A DNA stretch of 34,936 bases, taken from assembly GCA_049975285.1 (NCBI GenBank), contig JBNGDQ010000002.1, positions 1 through 34,936 on the forward strand. Reading direction: 5' to 3'. The notes under the pieces are model-generated. The model saw only the letters and a list, made by a program, of their open reading frames with translations. It was not told the DNA's origin and ran no database searches. Source of the stretch: Thermoplasmatota archaeon. Lineage in GTDB: Archaea; Thermoplasmatota; E2; UBA202; DSCA01. Positions 17,260-24,700 of this stretch are shown piece by piece (within the stretch, counting starts at the first letter, position 1; each line of letters starts with the position of its first letter). The translations under genes and the position numbers were made by a program.

Positions 17260-18051
17260 ATGCGTCTCGCGGTCTCCATCGCCTACGACGGCACCTGCTT
17301 TCACGGGTCGGCTCGGCAGCCCGGTATGGCGACCGTGGAGGGTTCCATTATCGACCGGCTCATAGCAATGGAGGCCATCGAGAGCGCCGAGGCAGGGCGC
17401 TTTCAGGCGGCCTCGCGGACCGATGCCGGGGTGAGCGCGGCTGGCAACGTGGTCGCCTTTGACACCGAGATGACGCCCGGCTCGGTGGTCAACGGGCTCG
17501 CCTACGGACTGGGGGACGTCTGGCCGCTTCACTACGCCGTGGTGGATGACGATTTTGCACCGCGGCATGCCCGGCGGAAGACCTATCGCTACTATCTCTA
17601 CGACGAGGGCTACGATCGGGAGGCCATGCAACAGGCAGCTCGTTTCTTCGAGGGAACGCATGATTTTTCTGCGTTCGCCCGGCTGGATGGCCGGTCCCCC
17701 ATCCGGAGTATAGAGCGCGTTATCCTGAACGGCGGCGAGGTACTGACCATCGATGTCACTGGCAGCAGCTTCCTCTGGCAGCAGGTACGCCGCATGGTCG
17801 CCGCAGTGATACAGGTCGGCCGCGGTGAACTGTCATCCATGGTGATACAGGAGGCATTGCAACATCCAGCCGGGCAGGACTTCGGCCTTGCATCCCCGGA
17901 GCAATTGCTGCTCCTGGTCGTCGAATACCCGGATACGCCAGCCTGGCGGGAGGCTTCCGGGGTGGAGAAGCTGAAGGAACGGCTGCACTCCCTACAGGCA
18001 AGGATGCACATGCATGCGGATATGACCCACTCTGCGCATCGAAATAAATAA
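17260..18051 (+). CDS. truA: tRNA pseudouridine(38-40) synthase
   Basis: MRLAVSIAYDGTCFHGSARQP, with the catalytic Asp in SRTDAGVSAAGNVVAF, and SFLWQQVRRMV. The track ORF extension to 16984 runs through the tRNA and antisense to trm112. Confidence 0.9.
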   Translation: MRLAVSIAYDGTCFHGSARQPGMATVEGSIIDRLIAMEAIESAEAGRFQAASRTDAGVSAAGNVVAFDTEMTPGSVVNGLAYGLGDVWPLHYAVVDDDFAPRHARRKTYRYYLYDEGYDREAMQQAARFFEGTHDFSAFARLDGRSPIRSIERVILNGGEVLTIDVTGSSFLWQQVRRMVAAVIQVGRGELSSMVIQEALQHPAGQDFGLASPEQLLLLVVEYPDTPAWREASGVEKLKERLHSLQARMHMHADMTHSAHRNK

Positions 18052-18055
18052 ATAG
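18042..18055 (+). promoter_or_regulatory. TATA-like box AAATAAATAAATAG for the 18089 gene
   Basis: Contains the truA stop TAA (18049-18051). It is followed by a strong SD, AGGTGA (18076-18081), 7 nt before ATG 18089. Confidence 0.4.
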
Positions 18056-18088
18056 CGTTTTGCCATTAGGTACGTAGGTGATTGGACT

Positions 18089-18796
18089 ATGAAGTCAGAA
18101 ACCCTAAAGCTGAGTGTCGTTATCGGGGTCGCTGCCCTACTGGTGTTTCCAGCCCTTGCAGTGAACCCTGTTCAGGCGTCATCAGGCGGAGAACGAGAAG
18201 TGACCGTCAACTGTTCACTGGTAAATGGAAATACGAAAGCTGCGGCGACCGCGAAGACTATATCATTGAGTCAGGCTCAGAAACTCTCAACTGAATGGGA
18301 GCGAGCCGCGGAGGCATTTGAAACCCTGTATACCGCAGATGAGGATACCGAAAATGCAGAGCAGGAGGAGGCCCGGCGCATCATCGAGAACGTCGTGAAC
18401 ATGATGGACGAACTGGGTATTCTTCCCAACACTGCGATGACGACGAAGCTGCTGCGGAGCCTGTTCATGCCCTCGCATACGTTTCAACTGCTGGGGCCCG
18501 TCATCAGCGTCGGCAAAGGGCGGACCTGGATACCGCTGTATCCCGGCGAGGCCTTCATCGGCATGATGCTCCGGCCGATTTTCGTGATGTATCCATTCAT
18601 GGGGTACACGGCGTCATTGAACGCCCAGCTGATACCCCCGCGGATTAACTACTGGGATCTCGTTGGACCGCAGGTATTTATGTCCTGGGGCTTCACGGGC
18701 ATATTCATCAACTTCGGCAAGATCGGCGTCGGCATTCCCAACACGAACTTTATGCTGGGCTACTCGGCGGCTACGGCCGGTATCAGCCTGCTGTAA
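18089..18796 (+). CDS. Hypothetical exported/membrane protein; no family recognised
   Basis: Signal peptide MKSETLKLSVVIGVAALLVFPALAVNPVQA, an acidic helical middle (AEAFETLYTADEDTENAEQEEARRIIENVVNMMDELG), and an aromatic/hydrophobic C-terminal third. Strong SD and a T-rich tract after the stop. Visibly more A/T-ending codons than its neighbours. Confidence 0.6.
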   Translation: MKSETLKLSVVIGVAALLVFPALAVNPVQASSGGEREVTVNCSLVNGNTKAAATAKTISLSQAQKLSTEWERAAEAFETLYTADEDTENAEQEEARRIIENVVNMMDELGILPNTAMTTKLLRSLFMPSHTFQLLGPVISVGKGRTWIPLYPGEAFIGMMLRPIFVMYPFMGYTASLNAQLIPPRINYWDLVGPQVFMSWGFTGIFINFGKIGVGIPNTNFMLGYSAATAGISLL

Positions 18797-18840
18797 ACCC
18801 CTTTTCTCTTTTCCCTCATTTTCCTTTCTATTTTGTTTGA
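18797..18840 (+). terminator. Pyrimidine/oligo-T-rich tract; candidate archaeal intrinsic terminator
   Basis: ACCCCTTTTCTCTTTTCCCTCATTTTCCTTTCTATTTTGTTTGA, with several T3-T4 runs, immediately after TAA 18794-18796. Confidence 0.4.
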
Positions 18841-18877
18841 CCATGATTTTATTCTGTTAAAATCTGCTGATGCTAAG

Positions 18878-18886
18878 GTTTATAAG
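18878..18886 (+). promoter_or_regulatory. TATA box GTTTATAAG for the UbiA gene
   Basis: Centred about 27 nt upstream of ATG 18909. It lies inside the track's longer ORF (start 18870), which argues for the 18909 start. Confidence 0.45.
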
Positions 18887-18908
18887 CCATGAAGCATTCG
18901 GATGTGTA

Positions 18909-19823
18909 ATGGGTGGACGATTCAAGGCATGGCTACACCTGGTTAGACCTTTTACTCTCATTGCACCCTTTATCGCCGTGTTCTTCGGCGTGGTTATCCA
19001 GCTCTCTTTCAACGGGAGTCTGTCCACCTTTCTCCCCCAGGTATCCACCGTCATCTTCGCCGGACTCGCCCTGTCGGCGGCACAGGCCGTCGGACAGATC
19101 CTGAACCAAGTGGAGGACGTCGAGATAGACATCCTCAACCACAAGGACTACCGACCGATCACCAGCGGCCTCATCAGCCCCGCGCAGGCAGAGATAGCCG
19201 CCTGGGCACTCGCTATTTTTGCCATCCTGGTCGGCTTTGCTGTCAACCTGGTATACGGCGTGTTCATGATTGCGTTCCTGTTGTTTGATATCCTGTATAA
19301 CCTGGAGCCATTCCGCATCAAAAAGCGCCTGTGGCTCAATACTGCCTCACTGGCGGTCTGCCGTGGGCTCCTGCCGCTGCCTGCCGCCTGGAGTATCTTT
19401 GGCGATGCGGGCAACGCGGTGCCCTGGCTCCTCGGCAGCATCATGGCGGTATGGGTGCTGGCCTGGCAGAACACCAAGGATTTCACTGATGTAACCGGCG
19501 ATCGGGAATGCGGGATACAGACACCGGCCGTGTATCATCGATGGTCCACGCTGACGGCCATCATCGGGGGGCTCTCGTTCCTGACGTTTTTCCTCCTGGG
19601 CAGCTACGTGGCCGCGGGATGGCTACCGGCATCACTCCTGGCGCTCCTGCTCCTCGCTGTTCCCACGGCACGAATGTTCTACAAGATGGCCCGGAACAGC
19701 ATCGCGATTACGACGCTGGAAAACAATGAACTATGGGCGGGTTTCTATCTGACGCTGGCGGGATTCTATATTGTCGCCGCTGCGGCGTTTCTCATCAATC
19801 CCTATCTGACGCTGTTCTCTTAG
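18909..19823 (+). CDS. UbiA-family prenyltransferase (specific substrate not assignable)
   Basis: About 8 TM helices. First Asp-rich motif NQVEDVEIDILN (NxxxDxxxD) and second motif KDFTDVTGDRECGIQT. Confidence 0.75.
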   Translation: MGGRFKAWLHLVRPFTLIAPFIAVFFGVVIQLSFNGSLSTFLPQVSTVIFAGLALSAAQAVGQILNQVEDVEIDILNHKDYRPITSGLISPAQAEIAAWALAIFAILVGFAVNLVYGVFMIAFLLFDILYNLEPFRIKKRLWLNTASLAVCRGLLPLPAAWSIFGDAGNAVPWLLGSIMAVWVLAWQNTKDFTDVTGDRECGIQTPAVYHRWSTLTAIIGGLSFLTFFLLGSYVAAGWLPASLLALLLLAVPTARMFYKMARNSIAITTLENNELWAGFYLTLAGFYIVAAAAFLINPYLTLFS

Positions 19824-21400
19824 AGCTGCCGGGCCATGTACACGCCGCGCCGCTCGTATCCACGTTTTTCGTAGTATTCCTTGACGCCGATGCCGCTGAG
19901 TATGAGTACTGTATCCATGCCTGCATCGCCGGCAATATCTTCCGCCTGTTCTAGAAGCTGTTGGCCGTAGCCGCGGTGTTGCCAGTCGTCCTCCGGCTCC
20001 CGTCCTAGGGGAACGAGCGGGCCGCTGATTCTGAGCTCCCGGACCAGGGCGTCATGCTCGCTGATTTCGGGGCGGTGCGGCCGGCCGGGGAACCGCAGGC
20101 GGCAGTAGCCGACCAGAATGCCGTTCTCATCCTCCAGGGAGAGGAAATACTCTCGGCCACCGCCTGCCGCATACCTTCGCTGTACGAGTTCGATGTCGCC
20201 GATGTCTATCTGGTGCTTGTACTGCTGGTGGCCGACCTCCCGGCATCGTATACAGCGGCAGGTCTGATCATGCGACGCCATGTAATCATGGACGAGCTGG
20301 CGGAGATTGCTCTTGGTTACGCCGGCCTCGATGAGCGGGGCTGGAACGTCACGCTGCACCCGCTGGATACGGACATACGGCGGCACCTGTGTCTTCCAGT
20401 CAGCGATGATTTCCGTCGCTTCTTCAGTGGAGAGCGGCTGGTAGTCACCGTGCTGCCACTGCCGGTGCAGGTCTGACGGAGCCACCACCAGCGTCGGGTA
20501 TATCTTGAGCATGTCCGGGCGGAAGGAGGCATCCTCAAACATAGCTAAAAAGGAGGCATCGTCACGCTGCCGGCTGCTCCCGGGCAGCCCGGGCATGACA
20601 TGGTAGCAGACCTTGAGCCCTGCATCTCGACAGATGCGCGTCGCCGCCCGGATGTCCTCCACGGTGTGCCCCCGCCGCATGGCAATGAGTACGCGGTCAT
20701 CGAGAATCTGGGCGCCAAGCTCAATGCACGTGGCTCCCATTTCCAGGATACGGTCGACGTGATGCAGACGCGCCCAGTCCGGTCGGGTCTCAATCGTCAT
20801 GCCGATGCAGCGGTGGGCAGCCTGCTCGTTATACCGCTTCGCTGCATTGAGCGTAGTAGCGTCGCTGTCATTCATGGCATCCAGGCAGCGGCGGACAAAC
20901 CAGCGCTGGTAATCGAACGGCCGGGCGGTGAAGGTGCCCCCCATGATGATGAGGTGGATCTTGTCAGCCGGATGACCGATGGCCTCCAGCTGCTGGATAC
21001 GATGTGTCGTCTGCCGCCAGGGGTCATACTCGTTCTGCTCGGCGCGCTGCGCGGCGGGCTCCCGGCCGGTGTAGCTCTGCGCGGACTCCGGTGGTCCACC
21101 GGGGCAGGGGAGACAGCGGCCGTGGGGACAGGGATGCGGCGATGTCATAACGGCCACGACGGCGATGCCGGACAGCGTGCGCACGGGCTTTTTTTGCAGG
21201 AGCGGTTGCACGGTCCGGCGCTGCTTCGCCGGGATATGCTCGAGGAGCTGACTGTTGGATGGCGGTGCATCCAGCCCGTACCGTTTGCAGAGCCGTTTTT
21301 TGTAGTGTTCTATCTGCTGTCGGCTGGAAATCTCGCTGGCCTGTATGGCGCGGGCTATCTCCTGGGCTATACGGGCTCTTTTCTGGTCAGGCGTGGTCAT
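19820..21400 (-). CDS. elp3: Elp3-type tRNA U34 carboxymethyl-modification enzyme (radical SAM plus GNAT)
   Basis: 526 aa. Radical-SAM cluster region HPCPHGRCLPCPGG, IIMGGTFTA, and a C-terminal GNAT domain (WQHRGYGQQLLEQAEDIA). Its stop TAA 19820-19822 overlaps the convergent UbiA stop TAG 19821-19823. Confidence 0.9.
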   Translation of the reverse strand: MTTPDQKRARIAQEIARAIQASEISSRQQIEHYKKRLCKRYGLDAPPSNSQLLEHIPAKQRRTVQPLLQKKPVRTLSGIAVVAVMTSPHPCPHGRCLPCPGGPPESAQSYTGREPAAQRAEQNEYDPWRQTTHRIQQLEAIGHPADKIHLIIMGGTFTARPFDYQRWFVRRCLDAMNDSDATTLNAAKRYNEQAAHRCIGMTIETRPDWARLHHVDRILEMGATCIELGAQILDDRVLIAMRRGHTVEDIRAATRICRDAGLKVCYHVMPGLPGSSRQRDDASFLAMFEDASFRPDMLKIYPTLVVAPSDLHRQWQHGDYQPLSTEEATEIIADWKTQVPPYVRIQRVQRDVPAPLIEAGVTKSNLRQLVHDYMASHDQTCRCIRCREVGHQQYKHQIDIGDIELVQRRYAAGGGREYFLSLEDENGILVGYCRLRFPGRPHRPEISEHDALVRELRISGPLVPLGREPEDDWQHRGYGQQLLEQAEDIAGDAGMDTVLILSGIGVKEYYEKRGYERRGVYMARQL

Positions 21401-21403
21401 GCG

Positions 21404-21694
21404 TCATGTGTAGGCCATCCCGTAATCGGCGGTCTCATGGTCACTGTCGAGACCGTACTTCTGGGCGATGGCTTCCCGGTCGACGAATAAATCCTCCAGC
21501 CGGGATATACGCCGCTGGACGTCCTTGTCCTCTATGTCCATTTCGTCATACATCCGGCTGATGAGCTTGACTAGGTCAACGAATACGGGAAAAAGTGACT
21601 GCTGAGCGTTATACATCTCTTCCAGGACTGCCTCCTGGTAGCGGAGTCTGTTCTCGAGTTCCTCCATCTTCTTGTTCATTGCCTTCTCTGCCAT
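21404..21694 (-). CDS. Small acidic coiled-coil protein of unknown function
   Basis: 96 aa: MAEKAMNKKMEELENRLRYQEAVLEEMYNAQQ...DKDVQRRISRLEDLFVDREAIAQKYG. SD AGGTGA (21701-21706, minus strand) lies 6 nt before the ATG. The stop is 3 nt before the elp3 ATG. Confidence 0.6.
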   Translation of the reverse strand: MAEKAMNKKMEELENRLRYQEAVLEEMYNAQQSLFPVFVDLVKLISRMYDEMDIEDKDVQRRISRLEDLFVDREAIAQKYGLDSDHETADYGMAYT

Positions 21695-21724
21695 ATCGGG
21701 TCACCTTGCACGACAAAAGCGGGG

Positions 21725-21739
21725 CTGTTATTAAATCTT
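21725..21739 (-). promoter_or_regulatory. TATA-like box AAGATTTAATAACAG (minus strand) for the small-ORF/elp3 unit
   Basis: Contains the stop TAA (21731-21733) of the giant surface-protein gene. It is about 37 nt upstream of ATG 21694, leaving room for the SD-bearing leader. Confidence 0.35.
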
Positions 21740-24700
21740 CCCCCGTCTGCGGGAGAACCCGATAGCGACGACGGCTAGGGCGAGCAGTAGCAAGGGAAGC
21801 ATGAAACCGGGGGTATCGTTGTCTCCCTCGACGGTGATGGTCTTCGTCGTGGTGTCCTTCGCGCCGTCGTCATCCCAGACAGTCAGCGTTACCGTGTAGG
21901 TACCAGCTTTTTCGTACTCATGCGAGGGGTTCTGGGCCGCTGAGGCGTTGCCGTCTCCGAAGTCCCAGTGCCAGGTCACCACGTCACCGTCATCCGTAGA
22001 GAGGTCCGTGAAGGCGACAAGTTCCCCGGCTTTCGGCTTCGAGGGGGCAGCTGAAAACGCTGCCGTGGGCGATACACCGGCTACTGTGACAGTGGCGGTA
22101 TACGTATCAGTAGCGCCTTCACTGTCCGTGACCGTCAACGTCACCGTGTAGGTACCCACATCGCCGTATTGATGGGAGGGATTCTGCTGGCTGCTGGTGG
22201 AGCCATCCCCGAACGTCCAGTTCCAGCTGACGATGTCACCGTTGCTATCCATGCTATCATCAGTAAACTGGATGGTTTCGCCGACGGCTGCCTGCTGCGG
22301 CGACAGCGTGAAATGCGCCTCCGGCGGCGTATTAATCACCGTGACGTTCTTTTGATAGGAGCTGTTGGCGCCCTGGCCGTCGGTGACCGTCAGGGTAACC
22401 GTGTAGTTCCCGGGATGCAGATAGGTATGAGAAGGATGCCGTTGGCTGGAGGTGTTGCCGTCGCCGAAGTCCCACTGCCAGGTGACGATGTCGCTGTTGC
22501 CGTTGGGGTCCGTGGACTGATCCACGAAGTCAACTGCTTCAGTCGACAGTGGATTTGAGGGATATATGAAGAAGGCGGCCTCCGGAGGACTGTTCGGTAT
22601 AGCGGTGGCGCCGTCCACCACTTCCAGGAGGGGATAGGTGTCCGCAGTGGAGCCTCCGGGTACCGGAAACGGGATGTCTCCGATGCCGTCACTCCCGGAT
22701 TGATTCTGAGCTGCGCCCGTACGATGATCGGTACCGGCGTAGTTGCTCCAGTAATTGCCGCCGGCGGGATAGCCATTATCCCAGGAATTATTGACGCTCA
22801 CATCCGATGCCTGCTCCATGTTGTAGGCGAAGTTGTTGTGATAGATGCTGTTGAAGCGGCCGTTCAGGATGTGGACGCCGTACATGTTCTTCCAGAACGA
22901 GCAGTACATGACAGTGGTATTGTTGGACTGTATATCCAGGGCATGGACGTTGTGATGCAGCAATGAATCAGAGATAGCCGTATCGTTGGCGTCCACGATG
23001 ACAAAAGCATCAGTATTATTGAAGGCAAGGCAGGCATCAACGGTGGTGCCCGTCGACGCAGTCACCGTGAGAGCGTTATCGTTATCAGAAAACGAGCAAT
23101 TAGCGACCGTTACCCCGGCGGAGTCGTCAATGGTTATACCATACGTGTTATTGGCGATGGATGCATCGTCGGTACAGTTGACGATGCGGCTGCCATTTAC
23201 ATGGTTGAGCTGCATGCCATACGTGTTGTTGGCAATCAGGCAGCCATCGACAGTCACCGTCGATAATACCGCATGGAGCGCTCGCTCGTTGTCCTGGAAT
23301 GACGTTGCAGCTATCGACAGCGTGGCGTTGTCCGCCCTAACGCCAGTCATATGGGTGCTCAGGGCAGCATCGGTCACGGTTACCGTTGCCCGGGTTGCAG
23401 TGATGCCGACGTCGTTGTCGTGAAGAGTGCCGCCGTGCATGACCACGCTACCGTCCGTTATCATGACGGCTGTGTCATGGTGATGAGCAGTCACCTCGTG
23501 CAGCGTAGCGGTGGAGCGAAGTATCTCCAGTCCTCCCGTGTTGTCGTGCAGCGTCACGTTGCCAATGGAGGTGTCATCCGACTTGTACAGCCTGATGGCT
23601 ACATCCTGATGACCGGAAAGCGTCAGGTTTTCGATGACGTTGGCTCGGGTGTTCTCGATGTTTACGCCCAGCCAGTTGTCCATGACATGGCTGTCAGAGA
23701 TAGAGACGTGGCCGGCTCCGCCCGTGGAACGATAGAGATTGATACCACGCTGCCCGTTGCCGGTGATGGTACAGCCAGTGATTGAAATGTTATGTGTGCC
23801 GCGGGTCATGCTGATGCCGTCATCTGTGTTGTCCGAGCAATTGGTGGCCGCAATGGTACCGTGGCTCGACGCGAAGAGCACGGCGCCGACCCGGCTCCGG
23901 GTAAAAGTGCCCTGCTGGATGGAGAAATCATGTACGTCGACCAGGAGCAGTCCTTCGCCATTGGGCTCCGTGGTGGCTCCAGTGACGGTGACATTGTCGC
24001 AGCTGACGAAGGCCAGGTAACCATACTGGCTGCCTTTTTCAACATCTGACTGATGAGTGATGTAGTGAACGGGCTGGCCGTTGACCATGTTGCTGGTATC
24101 TATATCCTGGTAGTACTGGGAAATGCTGCTTCCTTCGAGGTCGAGGGCGTAGTCGTTATCGGTAAAGGAGTTGTCACGGAGAACGTTGGAGGGTGCTCTG
24201 GAAAGCAGGAATCCTACAGTGTTGCCCGTGAGGTTGTTGCCATCGAAGGTATTATATGAGCTGGTGAGCAGGGTCACAGCGAGATGATTGTCGTGAAGGT
24301 GATTCTCGGCAAACTGGCAGTCGCTTGTATCGACGAGGGCTATCGCCGTGGAGCTGGTTTCGATGGAACATGCCATGACAGTGACATCATGCGTGTCTGT
24401 AAGCGAGAGGGCGTTGGTGTTGTTGGCAAACCTGGCTCCCTCTAGGGATATGTTTTCTCCGCCCTGTATTGTCATCCCGTCGTTGTTGGTGTGGATGGTA
24501 CAATTTACGGTCAGGTTGCGGGCGCCATGCGCGGCGACACCGACATCGTTATCCTTTATGAGGCAGTCAAGGAGAGACGTGTTTTCTCCGGCGAGGTGCA
24601 GGCCGATGGTGTTGTTGTGTAGCGTGGATCCACTGATTGTTGCGTGCTGGCCATGGGAAACAATGCCGCTGGTGTATCCAGAGATGTCGCATCCCTCTAT

